Shown: one piece after another, positions 16,883-25,249 of the stretch
How positions within the stretch are numbered: the first letter of the stretch is position 1
How the letters are laid out: the number at the start of each line of letters is the position of its first letter
Origin: Solirubrobacteraceae bacterium
Lineage (GTDB): Bacteria > Actinomycetota > Thermoleophilia > Solirubrobacterales > Solirubrobacteraceae
Length of the DNA stretch: 35,907 bases
NCBI GenBank assembly: GCA_032119675.1
Contig: JAUMBN010000062.1
Coordinates: forward strand, 1-35,907
Direction of reading: 5' to 3'
Program-made: the position numbers and the translations under genes
The notes under the pieces: model-generated
What the model saw: only the letters and a program-made list of their open reading frames with translations
The model's database searches: none
Told to the model about the DNA's origin: nothing

Positions 16883-17842
16883 ATGGCGCCCGCAGTCCTG
16901 ATCATCCCCGCGGGAGACCCGGAGCTCGCTCCCGCCGGCCCCCTTGCCGAGGGGCTCCGTGCCGCCGACGCCGGCGTCGAGGTGCGCTTCGCTGAGACGC
17001 CCGGCCCGCGGCTGGCCGCCAGCAACCCGGTGGCGGGTATGGCGGCGCGGATCGCATCCAGGTCGGCGGCGAAGGAGCTGCCCGGACTCGTGACCCTCAA
17101 CGGGGCCCAGGTGGTCGTCTCCGACGACCCGGCCGTGATTGCGGCGATGGGCAGGCTGCGCCGCTCGGGCGGCCTGAGCGTTCCGGCGGTGGCCCTGGTT
17201 ACCCGGCAGGCCGACCCGGCTTCACAGGCGGCCGATGGCGTCGACGTCCACCTCATCGCCGACCCGCGCTTTCGCGCCGTCGTCCGCGAGGCCGCCCCCG
17301 CAACGCGCATCGCCTGCGTCCGCGGCCTCGTGGACCCCCGTTACGAGAGCGAGCTGGAGGTAACGCGCGCCCGCCAGGCGATCGGTGTCCCCGACGGCAG
17401 CCCGCTGGTCGTGATCTTCGGGGGGCAGGACGCCCGGGGCGACCTCGCCGGCGCCGGGGAGGTCGCGCTGGCCGCCGACCCGGCCTCGCGCGTGGTGATC
17501 CTCTGCGGCGACAGCGAGGAGCGCCTCCAGGAGCTTGGGGACCGCTTCTCCCTTGCGCGCCGCCTGCGGGTCGTCGGGCCGACCGACCGGCTTCCGGACC
17601 TGCTGGCCGCCGCCGACGTGCTGATCGACACCGCCGACGGGCTCACCGCGCTGGAGGCCCGGCTCCGTGGCGCCGCGGTGATCGCCCACGGCCGCAGGTC
17701 GGAGCGCGACCGGCAGGAGCTTGCCGACGAGCTGATCGAGACCCTGCGCCGACCCCGGGCGACCGGCTCAGCGATCGCGGACCGGCCCGCCGCGGCCGAC
17801 GAGGTTCTCGCCGCCGCCGGGCTGGCTCCCCTGCCGGTCTGA
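16883..17842 (+). CDS. putative glycosyltransferase (GT28 / MGDG-synthase-like C-terminal domain)
   Basis: 319 aa. PLVVIFGGQDARG...VVILCGDSEERLQEL...LRVVGPTDRLPDLLAAADVLIDTADGLTALEA follows the GT-B C-domain pattern of MurG/UgtP-like enzymes. The N-domain is divergent. Confidence 0.55.
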   Translation: MAPAVLIIPAGDPELAPAGPLAEGLRAADAGVEVRFAETPGPRLAASNPVAGMAARIASRSAAKELPGLVTLNGAQVVVSDDPAVIAAMGRLRRSGGLSVPAVALVTRQADPASQAADGVDVHLIADPRFRAVVREAAPATRIACVRGLVDPRYESELEVTRARQAIGVPDGSPLVVIFGGQDARGDLAGAGEVALAADPASRVVILCGDSEERLQELGDRFSLARRLRVVGPTDRLPDLLAAADVLIDTADGLTALEARLRGAAVIAHGRRSERDRQELADELIETLRRPRATGSAIADRPAAADEVLAAAGLAPLPV

Positions 17843-17850
17843 GGCCCGGC

Positions 17851-18213
17851 TCAGGCCGCAGCGAGAGGGTGCAGCTCGGCGCGCTCCAGGGCTTCGGTTC
17901 GCAGGTGGGTGATCGCCTGGTAGCCCTCGCTCGTGACCATGTCGAGGAAGGCCTGGACGCTGGGGTAGCGAACGAGGAGCACGCTGTCCCAGTCGGAATC
18001 GTCTTCGCCGATCAGCGGTGAGGCGGCCTCGCCGGCAAAGACGATCTCGGCTCCGCTCTCCTGGAGGAAGGGGAAGGCCTTGGCGCCGTAGGCCTCGTAG
18101 CTCTCGCGGCCGCCGTCGGGCTTGAAGCGGAGCAGGTTGAGCATGACCACCGGCCCGCCGGTGTCTTCCTTTACAAGGCGCGAGACCTGCTCTGGAGTGG
18201 GATCGACCGGCAT
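17851..18213 (-). CDS. DUF1330 domain protein
   Basis: 120 aa. VVMLNLLRFK...YEAYGAKAFPFLQESGAEIVFAG...WDSVLLVRYPSVQAFLDMVTSEGYQ is typical DUF1330. SD-like AAAGGAAC lies 5 nt upstream. The gene starts 28 nt after the RDD gene stop. Confidence 0.85.
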   Translation of the reverse strand: MPVDPTPEQVSRLVKEDTGGPVVMLNLLRFKPDGGRESYEAYGAKAFPFLQESGAEIVFAGEAASPLIGEDDSDWDSVLLVRYPSVQAFLDMVTSEGYQAITHLRTEALERAELHPLAAA

Positions 18214-18241
18214 GGGGGTTCCTTTCGGGTTGGCCTGCTGC

Positions 18242-18925
18242 TCAGCGGGGCTTGCTCTTCGACGGGTCGAGGTGCTGCTCGGCCGAGCTGTAGCGGGGCT
18301 TGTACTTGTTGATGGCGGCGTCGCGGGCCAGGCGCCTGCGATCGGCGACAGTGTAAACGGGCGCGTCTATAACGACGCTGTCGCTGATGATGTCCAGGAA
18401 GCAGCGGCAGCGCTCGTTGAAGAGGCCGATGGCATAACCGGCACCGAACGGGATCGCCCCGAGCACCATGCCGACGAAGCGGAGCAGTGAGTGGCGGATG
18501 GTCAGCGGGCGCCCGTCGTCCTCGTCAACGACCCGGAACTCCAACGCCCGGGCGCCCGGGGTCTGGCCGGTGCTCGACCAGAACGAGACGAAGTAGGCGG
18601 TGGCCCAGATCAGGTAAACCACGCCGAGGATCGCGAGGATCACGGCTTCCGCGCTGTCGGGAACACCCAGGGTGTTCATGGTCAGGGCGGTGATCGCCCA
18701 GGTGATTGCCGCGACCAGGTTGACGATCGCCGCGTCGATGACGAATCCGAGCAGCCGGGAGACCAGGCCCACGTACCGCTGTGGTGCTCCCTTGACCGCC
18801 GACGACCCGCGCAGTCGCACCGCCGCGGCCACCTGCGCCCGGGCGATCGCCGACTCGGCCGGGCCGCTTGCCGACCAGTCGTCGGGCTGGGCAGGTGCAG
18901 CCTGTGATGCTCCCGTATCGGTCAC
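18242..18925 (-). CDS. RDD family membrane protein
   Basis: 227 aa. YVGLVSRLLGFVIDAAIVNLV...TPGARALEFRVVDEDDGRP...RFVGMVLGAIPFGAGY with 3 predicted TM segments. The GTG start overlaps the upstream TGA as GTGA (18922-18925). Confidence 0.85.
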   Translation of the reverse strand: MTDTGASQAAPAQPDDWSASGPAESAIARAQVAAAVRLRGSSAVKGAPQRYVGLVSRLLGFVIDAAIVNLVAAITWAITALTMNTLGVPDSAEAVILAILGVVYLIWATAYFVSFWSSTGQTPGARALEFRVVDEDDGRPLTIRHSLLRFVGMVLGAIPFGAGYAIGLFNERCRCFLDIISDSVVIDAPVYTVADRRRLARDAAINKYKPRYSSAEQHLDPSKSKPR

Positions 18926-19656
18926 GAGCCGGCTTCCTTGCCGCCGTGCTTCCCGCCGCCCCTGCTCCCGGCATCGTTCTCCTGGTCGGAGGGCAGCTGG
19001 GCGTCGAGCTTCTCGCTGCGGCCGATGAAGGTGCGTGCGGTGCGGGCGACCACCTGGTCGGCGGTGCGAGAGCGTCCGCGGACCTCGTCGCCGACCTGGT
19101 CGGCGAAGCCGAACCCCTGCTGGCGGACGGCGTCGATGACCGCGGGGCTCTCGGCGATCGTCTGCACGAGGATCCAGAGCTCCTCGCGCTCGAGGAATGC
19201 GTCGACGATCGGCGCCATCTCCCCGGCCTCCATCGCCGCGACGGTGATCTTCTGGACCATCTGGCTGCGGGCCACCTCGTCGGCGATCATGTCGATGGTC
19301 TCGGGGCTGAGGATGGTTCGCAGTGCGCTGGCGAAGGCCGGCCCGCTGACCACCCGCTCGAGCGTCTCCTGGACGGCCGGCGAGCCGACGACGGCGTCGA
19401 CCGCGCTGGTCATCGCCGGACTGGCCACCACCCGCTCGATCGAGTCCTGGACGGCCCTCGATGCCATCACCGTCTCCACGGCGCCCTCGGTGGCGCGAAT
19501 GGTCACCTCGGCCCCGGTACGGGCAGCGGCGCCGACGGCGCCGGCCACGGCACCGGTGATCGCACCGAAGAGGCCACCCGAGGGGCCGGCCGCTTCCGCC
19601 TCGATCACGATGATCTCTGCGCTTGCTTCCACGGGGCGGGAGGCTACCGCCCCCAT
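18922..19656 (-). CDS. hypothetical repeat protein (244 aa): Gly/Ala-rich N-segment, ~8-10 degenerate 13-aa helical repeats, charged C-tail
   Basis: This is the tail of track ORF 18922..20157; the upstream part overlaps the heliorhodopsin gene and is junk. From ATG 19656: MGAVASRPVEASAEIIVIEAEAAGPSGGLFGAITGAVAGAVGAAARTG... followed by AVQDSIERVVASP / AMTSAVDAVVGSP / AVQETLERVVSGP / AFASALRTILSP... An alternative CTG start at 19695 overlaps the heliorhodopsin stop (CTGA). Confidence 0.7.
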   Translation of the reverse strand: MGAVASRPVEASAEIIVIEAEAAGPSGGLFGAITGAVAGAVGAAARTGAEVTIRATEGAVETVMASRAVQDSIERVVASPAMTSAVDAVVGSPAVQETLERVVSGPAFASALRTILSPETIDMIADEVARSQMVQKITVAAMEAGEMAPIVDAFLEREELWILVQTIAESPAVIDAVRQQGFGFADQVGDEVRGRSRTADQVVARTARTFIGRSEKLDAQLPSDQENDAGSRGGGKHGGKEAGS

Positions 19657-19691
19657 TCGGCCGCCGCCGTCGAGCCCGGCGGTGCTCTCTC

Positions 19692-20495
19692 TCAGCCGCC
19701 GGCCAGGGCGCCGAAGTAGACCTGCCAGGCCAGGACGCTCTTGGCGATCAGGCTCAGCCAGAGGTAGGCCTTCTCGGCGAAGACCGGGTCGGCCCAGCGC
19801 CCGACGGCCTGGTACTGCAGCCACATGTTGAGGGCGAAGAGGTTGAAGAGGACGAAGAGCGTCCCGAAGATCACGTAGACGAAGACCGGCACTCCGTCTG
19901 AGTTGTCGGCCGCGGTCGAGGAGAGGATCAGCTGCAGCGCGATCGCGATCCAGGGCACAGCCCCGATCACGCACCCGTAGACGAACGGGCGCCACTGGAC
20001 CCTCGTCCGGTCGACGTTCGTGTACTCCATCACGAGGCCGAAGAGGATCATCGCGGCGTTGGCGCCGAAGATCGCCACCAGCGCGGTCAGCTCGCTGATG
20101 CCGGAGAGCATCGCGATCAGAACCACCATGATCGAGGCGCTGATCGAGTACTCCCACCAGCGCGCCGGGTTGATTCCGCGGCGCACGTTTCGCAGGTACC
20201 AGTCGCGCACCCCGGGGAGGGAGACCCCGAGGTGGTCGATCGCGGCCAGCAGCAGGAAGAGGCCGACCGCGAGGTCGATCCTCATCGTGAAGAGTTCGGT
20301 CATGCCGGGCGGCTCGGGACCCCCCGGCGGGCCGGTCATGTAGTTCAGGTTGACCGGCAGGCGCGCCGGGCCGGCGATCGCCACGATCACGATCGCCTGC
20401 GCGAGGTGGACGAGCCCGACGATTACGTTCAGGCGCAGCAGCGAGCGGTCTTCCCGGCGGACGCCCGATGGCGTGCCCTGAATCGCAGCTTCCAC
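19692..20495 (-). CDS. heliorhodopsin (retinal-binding 7TM photoreceptor, inverted topology family)
   Basis: 267 aa with 7 hydrophobic helices and a long TM1-TM2 loop (NLNYMTGPPGGPEPPGMTELFTM). It matches what I recall of prototype heliorhodopsin 48C12. TM3 RWWEYSISASIMVVLIAMLSG carries the Glu counterion. TM4 is ALVAIFGANAAMILFG. TM7 YLWLSLIAKSVLAWQVYFGAL carries the Schiff-base Lys, encoded at 19740-19742. Both conserved His positions (LVHLAQ and AIDHLG) are present. Confidence 0.85.
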   Translation of the reverse strand: MEAAIQGTPSGVRREDRSLLRLNVIVGLVHLAQAIVIVAIAGPARLPVNLNYMTGPPGGPEPPGMTELFTMRIDLAVGLFLLLAAIDHLGVSLPGVRDWYLRNVRRGINPARWWEYSISASIMVVLIAMLSGISELTALVAIFGANAAMILFGLVMEYTNVDRTRVQWRPFVYGCVIGAVPWIAIALQLILSSTAADNSDGVPVFVYVIFGTLFVLFNLFALNMWLQYQAVGRWADPVFAEKAYLWLSLIAKSVLAWQVYFGALAGG

Positions 20496-20502
20496 GCCCC
20501 CG

Positions 20503-20508
20503 ATGGTA
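20503..20508 (-). promoter_or_regulatory. candidate -10 hexamer TACCAT, 7 nt before the heliorhodopsin GTG 20495 (leaderless arrangement)
   Basis: The complement of atggta at 20503-20508. It lies in the 34-nt spacer between the tRNA-Ser 3' end and the GTG. Confidence 0.4.
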
Positions 20509-20529
20509 GGCGGAAGGGGGGACGCGGAG

Positions 20530-20618
20530 CGGAGAGGGCGGGATTCGAACCCGCGAACGAGGTTTCCCCCGTTACTCGCTTAGCAGGCGAGTGCCTTCAG
20601 CCGCTCGGCCACCTCTCC
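20530..20618 (-). tRNA. tRNA-Ser (anticodon GCT)
   Basis: The minus strand reads GGAGAGGTGGCCGAGCGGCTGAAGGCACTCGCCTGCTAAGCGAGTAACGGGGGAAACCTCGTTCGCGGGTTCGAATCCCGCCCTCTCCG. It has a 7-bp acceptor stem, anticodon loop CTGCTAA, a long variable arm and T-loop GGTTCGAATCC. No CCA is encoded. Confidence 0.93.
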
Positions 20619-20628
20619 GGGATGGCGG

Positions 20629-20634
20629 AGTGTA
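20629..20634 (-). promoter_or_regulatory. candidate -10 hexamer TACACT, 10 nt upstream of the tRNA-Ser(GCT) 5' end
   Basis: The complement of agtgta. The same hexamer at the same 10-nt spacing precedes tRNA-Arg at 22875-22880. Confidence 0.4.
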
Positions 20635-20706
20635 ACCCGGGCGGCAAGGTCGCCGAACACGGTGCGTCACAATCGAAACCCTGGGCGGTCTCCCGTGTAG
20701 ACACCT

Positions 20707-22863
20707 ATGCTGACTACCTACGTGCATCCCGTGAAAGCCCGCAGACAGAGCCGTGTTTCCCGGCGCCTGATGGCGTATTTCGGCCTTTTCGCCGCGGCTG
20801 CGGGCGCGGCGCTGCTTGCCGCTCCGGCCTCGCAGGCCGCCGGTGAGCCCGACTACATCGTTCTTTACAAGCCCGGTACCAACGTCAGCGCCGAGGTACG
20901 CAGCGAGGAGAGGCGCGGCAACGAGGTGGAGGACGTCTTCCGCAGCGCCGTGAAGGGGATCGTCGCCCCGCTCGACAGATCCGACGTCGCCCGGCTGCGC
21001 CGCGACGCCGATGTGCTCCTGGTCGAGCGCGACGGCCCTGTCCGTGCCTTCGCCGCCGGTCCGCGCGACCAGAGCCCTGCCACCTGGGGCCTCGACCGGA
21101 TCGACCAGCGCGCCCTGCCGCTCAACAACCGGATCACCACCGACCAGAACGGTTTCGGCGTCAAGGCCTACATCATCGACACCGGCATCCGGGCCGACCA
21201 CTCCGAGTTCACCGGCCGCATGGTGTCGGGCTTCGACGCCATCGGTGACGGCCAGGGCACCAACGACTGCAACGGCCACGGGACCCACGTGGCCGGCACC
21301 GTCGGTGGCTCGACCTACGGCGTCGCCCCGCAGACGACCCTCGTCCCGGTGCGCGTCCTGAGCTGCTCGGGCTCGGGCAGCTTCTCGGGCGTCATCGCCG
21401 GCATCGACTGGGTCACCGCCAACCACTCGGCCGGCGAGCCGGCCGTGGCCAACATGAGCCTCGGTGGCGGCTACTCAGCCTCCATCAACACCGCGGTGGC
21501 CAACGCGAGCAACGACGGCGTAACGATGGTCGTCGCGGCCGGTAACTCGAACGCCGATGCCTGCAACTACTCGCCGGCCTCGGCTCCGAGCGCGATCACC
21601 GTCGGCTCGACCGTGTCCAACGACGGGCGCTCCTCCTTCTCCAACTACGGAACCTGCCTCGACATCTTCGCCCCGGGCTCGGGCATCACCTCGGCCTGGC
21701 ACACCTCGATTTCGGCGACCAACACGATCTCCGGTACCTCGATGGCGTCGCCGCACGTAGCCGGCGCTGCCGCGCTGGTGCTCTCCCGTGACGCGACGGC
21801 CAATCCCGGCCAGGTCACCGGAGCCCTCAACAACGCCGCGACCACCAATGTCGTGACCAGCCCCGGCACCGGCTCGCCCAACCGCCTCCTGTTCACCGGC
21901 GCGGCGACCATCCCGAACCCCAGCGACCCCGCGCCGACGCCCGATCCGACGCCGGCACCCCCACCCGCGCCGGCTCCGACCCCGCCGGCCAACGACAACT
22001 TCGCCTCGGCACCGACGCTCTCCTCGCTCTCGGCGGTCACGGGCTCAACCATCAACGCCACCCGCGAGGCCGGAGAGCCGGCGCACGTGGGCGCGGCGTA
22101 CGGCAGCTCGAAGTCGATCTGGTACCGCTGGACCGCGGCCGAGTCGGGGACCGTCACCCTCTCGACCCAGGGCAGCGCCTACGACACGCTTCTCGCCGTC
22201 TACGTCGGTGACACCATCTCCGGGCTCTCCGCGAAGGCCGCAAACGACGATTCGGGCGGAGGTCTCTGGAGCCAGGTGAGCTTCCAGGCTTCGGCCGGCA
22301 CCACCTACCGGATCGCCGTCGACGGCTGGAACGGAGCCTCGGGCAGCACGAACCTCTCGGGCGCGTTCGTCGCCGACCCGCCGCCGGCCCCGGCGCCCGA
22401 CCCGACCCCCACGCCGGACCCGACCCCGACCCCGACACCGACGCCGGACCCGACCCCGACGCCGGACCCGACCCCCACGCCTGAGCCCGACCCGACTCCC
22501 GAGCCCGTCCCGCAGCCGGTACCCGGGATCGTCGCACCCACCAGCTCGACGGTGAACGTCTCCCGCCGCACGGCCACCACCACGGTTACCTGCCAGCCGG
22601 TGACCGACGACGGCAACGACGCGCCGTGCGCCGCCTTCCTGCGCCTCGACACCACCCTGGGCGACTCGGTTCGCGGCATCCGTCTGGAAGTGGACGAGAG
22701 CGGGCAGGTCAGCTTCCGCCTCAGCTCGGCGATGGCCCGGCGGGTCAACCTGCGCGGCAGCGTTGCGGCCCGGATCGTCGTCTCCCAGGCGGCCGGCCGC
22801 GCGGTCTACCGCGTGAACCTCGTCAAGGCCTCCTCGGCTTCGCGCAGAGCCGCCCGCCGCTGA
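20707..22863 (+). CDS. secreted multidomain S8 (proteinase K-like) serine peptidase: I9-like propeptide, catalytic domain, PT linker, beta-sandwich domain, PT linker, unknown C-terminal domain
   Basis: 718 aa. Signal peptide [26 protein letters not shown]. Propeptide YIVLYKPG...VLLVERD. Triad motifs are [26 protein letters not shown] and [15 protein letters not shown]. The middle domain reads NDNFASAP...REAGEPAH...IWYRWTA...[11 protein letters not shown]...ANDDS...TYRIAVDG. The start may instead be ATG 20770. Confidence 0.9.
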   Translation: MLTTYVHPVKARRQSRVSRRLMAYFGLFAAAAGAALLAAPASQAAGEPDYIVLYKPGTNVSAEVRSEERRGNEVEDVFRSAVKGIVAPLDRSDVARLRRDADVLLVERDGPVRAFAAGPRDQSPATWGLDRIDQRALPLNNRITTDQNGFGVKAYIIDTGIRADHSEFTGRMVSGFDAIGDGQGTNDCNGHGTHVAGTVGGSTYGVAPQTTLVPVRVLSCSGSGSFSGVIAGIDWVTANHSAGEPAVANMSLGGGYSASINTAVANASNDGVTMVVAAGNSNADACNYSPASAPSAITVGSTVSNDGRSSFSNYGTCLDIFAPGSGITSAWHTSISATNTISGTSMASPHVAGAAALVLSRDATANPGQVTGALNNAATTNVVTSPGTGSPNRLLFTGAATIPNPSDPAPTPDPTPAPPPAPAPTPPANDNFASAPTLSSLSAVTGSTINATREAGEPAHVGAAYGSSKSIWYRWTAAESGTVTLSTQGSAYDTLLAVYVGDTISGLSAKAANDDSGGGLWSQVSFQASAGTTYRIAVDGWNGASGSTNLSGAFVADPPPAPAPDPTPTPDPTPTPTPTPDPTPTPDPTPTPEPDPTPEPVPQPVPGIVAPTSSTVNVSRRTATTTVTCQPVTDDGNDAPCAAFLRLDTTLGDSVRGIRLEVDESGQVSFRLSSAMARRVNLRGSVAARIVVSQAAGRAVYRVNLVKASSASRRAARR
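22375..22524 (+). repeat. Pro/Thr/Asp-rich low-complexity coding repeat (linker) within the S8 gene
   Basis: The DNA is made of ccgac/cccgac-type iterations encoding [51 protein letters not shown] shorter PT linker lies at about 21913-21990. Confidence 0.8.
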
Positions 22864-22874
22864 GCGCCCGCAGT

Positions 22875-22880
22875 TACACT
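22875..22880 (+). promoter_or_regulatory. candidate -10 hexamer TACACT, 10 nt upstream of the tRNA-Arg 5' end
   Basis: Read directly. Hexamer and spacing are identical to those upstream of tRNA-Ser(GCT). No equivalent is present upstream of the degenerate copy at 25272. Confidence 0.4.
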
Positions 22881-22890
22881 TGCCTTCGCT

Positions 22891-22964
<74 letters not shown>

Positions 22965-23041
22965 CTGCACCGGGTTTTCCGGGCGGCGGCGCAGCCGGCC
23001 AGGAGCTGTCTTGGACCTGCGCTTGCGCCGATGTTGTGTTG

Positions 23042-23047
23042 TAGCTT
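23042..23047 (+). promoter_or_regulatory. candidate -10 hexamer TAGCTT, 6 nt before ATG 23054 (leaderless arrangement)
   Basis: TANNNT-N6-start read directly from the sequence. Confidence 0.4.
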
Positions 23048-23053
23048 CGGGCG

Positions 23054-25249
23054 ATGAGGCTTGTGAGGGTGTTTGTGTTGTCGCTCATGTCGACCGCTCT
23101 GGTTGCCGGTTCGGGTGGTTCTGCGCTGGCGTCGATCGGCTCGGCCTCCTCCGCCGGGCCGGTCCGGGTCGAGGTCGATACACCGACCCCGCAGGCGGTT
23201 GAAGCCCTGGTGGAGGCCGGGCTCGACGTAGCCGCAGGCGACGTGCCCAAATCCGACGTGATCCTCTGGTCGAGGGAGGATCGGCTCACCCTGAGGAAGG
23301 CCGGCGCCCGGTGGCGGCCCCTCCCGGACCCGAGGCCCGTGGCCGGTGCCCAGGTCTCGACGCTCCCTTCAGGCAGGACGACATACCGGGTCTGGGAGGA
23401 CTACGAGACCGAGATGCGGATGCTCGCCAGGCGCTACCCGTCCCTGGTCCGGCTCCGCTCGATGGGCGAGACACTCCTCGGCCAGCCGATGCTCGGCCTG
23501 GAGATCGCAAGAAACGTCTGGGCGAGCGACGGCAGGCCGGCCTTCGTCCAGTACGGGCTCCATCACGCCCGGGAGTGGCCTTCGGGCGAGTGGGGCATCG
23601 AGTACGCGATCGAGATGCTCAAGAAGCAGGGCCAATCCCGTTACGCCAGCCTGCTGCGAAATACCCGCCAGTTCATCTTCCCCGTGATCAACGTCGACGG
23701 CTTCCAGGCATCGCGGGGCGCCGGCCCCAGTCCGATCGGGGCGCCGGACTCGGCCAGCTCGCTGCTCGGGCCGGGGAGTAACGAGTACCGCCGGAAGAAC
23801 TGCCGTCCGTTCCCCGGCGAGGCTCAACGACCCTGCAGTGAGCTCAATACGGAGGCCGGGGTCGACCTGAACCGCAACTACGGCTACTTCTTCGGCGCCA
23901 CCGGAACCGAAGCGATCGCCTCGAGCGAGATCTACCGCGGGCCGGCCGGGTTCTCCGAGCCGGAGAGCGAGAACGTCCGCCTGTTCACCAGGCGGCTCCA
24001 GCCGACCGTCGTCCTCAGCCACCACACCTACTCGGAAGAGGGGCAATGGCTGCGACAGCCCTCCCTGGACCCGGCGATACCCCCCGGCGACATAACGCCC
24101 GACGAGGCCGAGTTCACGGCCCTCGGGGACTCGATGGCGACAGCCACCGGATGGGCCTCGCTGCCTGCCTTCCAGCTCTACCCCACAGCCGGTGCGACCG
24201 ATGACTGGAACTACCACGCCCAGGGAGCTCTCGCCTTCACCAGCGAGGGCCGCGGACCCGACTTCCACTCCTTCTTCGACCAGGTGGTCCGGAACGAGTG
24301 GCCGGGCATGAAGGAGGCGATCCTCCGCGCGGCCGAGGCGTCGGTCCGGGAGGGCTCACGGATAAGGGGCGAGGCTCCGCCTGGCTCGAAGCTGCGGATC
24401 GAAAAGAGGTTCTCGATCCCCGTCTGTCAGGGGTTCACCGAGACAGACCAGTGCATCTCCCCCACACCGACGATCCCCGAACGCCTCTCGAGCGAGATGG
24501 CCGTGCCGGCCTCGGGCGAGTTCTCATGGCGGGTCAACCCGTCCTCGCGGCCGCTGGCCCCCGGGGAGACCTGGCGTCTTACCTGCAAGGCTCCGGGCGG
24601 AGATCCGGTGAGCCGCGAAGTCGCCGTCGGGAGGGGTCGATCGGTGGCCGTGGGACTCGCCAACTGCCGCCCCGGACCGGCCGGGCGACCGGTGGCCAGG
24701 TTTCGTCTGATCGAGCGGGCCATCGCGGGCCGGAGGGCCGTCCTGGTCTCCCGGAGCACCGACCCCGACACCCTCATCGTCTCGAACCGGTGGGACCTCG
24801 ACGGGGATGGCGCATTTGACGACGCCTACGGTCGGGTGGCCGCGCCTACCTGGCGGCGCCCGGGGCTCAGGACCGTGGGCCTGAGGTCGGTCGACCTGAA
24901 CGGCAGGGTCGCGGTGACCCGCCGGCAGGTCCGGGTGGCGCCAAGGCCCTCCGGCCGGCCGTCACTTTCCCTTCGAATCAGCTCTTCGATGGGCGGCACG
25001 AACGTCGTCTTCCGCGCCGCCGGGCCGCTCGGCACCTACAGCTGGGACCTTGACGGCGACGGCGCCTTCGACGACGGACGCGGCAGCGAAATATCCCGCT
25101 CGTATCGCTTCGCAGGCACCTACCGGATCCAGGTCCGGCTGAGAGATCCCTTTGGCCGGATCGCTACCCGTCGGTCCTCGCTGACGATCGCTCAACTGTC
25201 CGATCCCGGGGCCGGGACAACCACGCCCCCGGCAGGCTCCGGCCGGTGA
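23054..25249 (+). CDS. secreted M14 family zinc carboxypeptidase with two C-terminal PKD-like repeats
   Basis: 731 aa. Signal peptide VFVLSLMSTALVAGSGGSALA. Zinc motif GLHHAREWPSGEW (HxxE), then FPVINVDG, DLNRNY and the second zinc His in LSHHTYSE. Two WDLDGDGAFDD motifs are encoded at 24791-24823 and 25043-25075, 252 nt (84 aa) apart. Confidence 0.88.
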   Translation: MRLVRVFVLSLMSTALVAGSGGSALASIGSASSAGPVRVEVDTPTPQAVEALVEAGLDVAAGDVPKSDVILWSREDRLTLRKAGARWRPLPDPRPVAGAQVSTLPSGRTTYRVWEDYETEMRMLARRYPSLVRLRSMGETLLGQPMLGLEIARNVWASDGRPAFVQYGLHHAREWPSGEWGIEYAIEMLKKQGQSRYASLLRNTRQFIFPVINVDGFQASRGAGPSPIGAPDSASSLLGPGSNEYRRKNCRPFPGEAQRPCSELNTEAGVDLNRNYGYFFGATGTEAIASSEIYRGPAGFSEPESENVRLFTRRLQPTVVLSHHTYSEEGQWLRQPSLDPAIPPGDITPDEAEFTALGDSMATATGWASLPAFQLYPTAGATDDWNYHAQGALAFTSEGRGPDFHSFFDQVVRNEWPGMKEAILRAAEASVREGSRIRGEAPPGSKLRIEKRFSIPVCQGFTETDQCISPTPTIPERLSSEMAVPASGEFSWRVNPSSRPLAPGETWRLTCKAPGGDPVSREVAVGRGRSVAVGLANCRPGPAGRPVARFRLIERAIAGRRAVLVSRSTDPDTLIVSNRWDLDGDGAFDDAYGRVAAPTWRRPGLRTVGLRSVDLNGRVAVTRRQVRVAPRPSGRPSLSLRISSSMGGTNVVFRAAGPLGTYSWDLDGDGAFDDGRGSEISRSYRFAGTYRIQVRLRDPFGRIATRRSSLTIAQLSDPGAGTTTPPAGSGR

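Noticed and set aside
19657-20157. Upstream extension of track ORF 18922..20157 overlapping the heliorhodopsin gene
   Set aside because: The extension (MGVLDQRLDHGGSDRDALRHQRADRAGGDLRRQRRDD…) is a compositional artefact in an alternative frame of the heliorhodopsin CDS, which has far stronger support. Only the part from about 19656 (or CTG 19695) looks protein-like.
22375-22524. Short-period DNA repeats as a possible CRISPR array or VNTR outside genes
   Set aside because: The repeats are in frame within the S8 protease CDS and encode a Pro/Thr/Asp linker. There is no repeat-spacer organisation and no cas genes.
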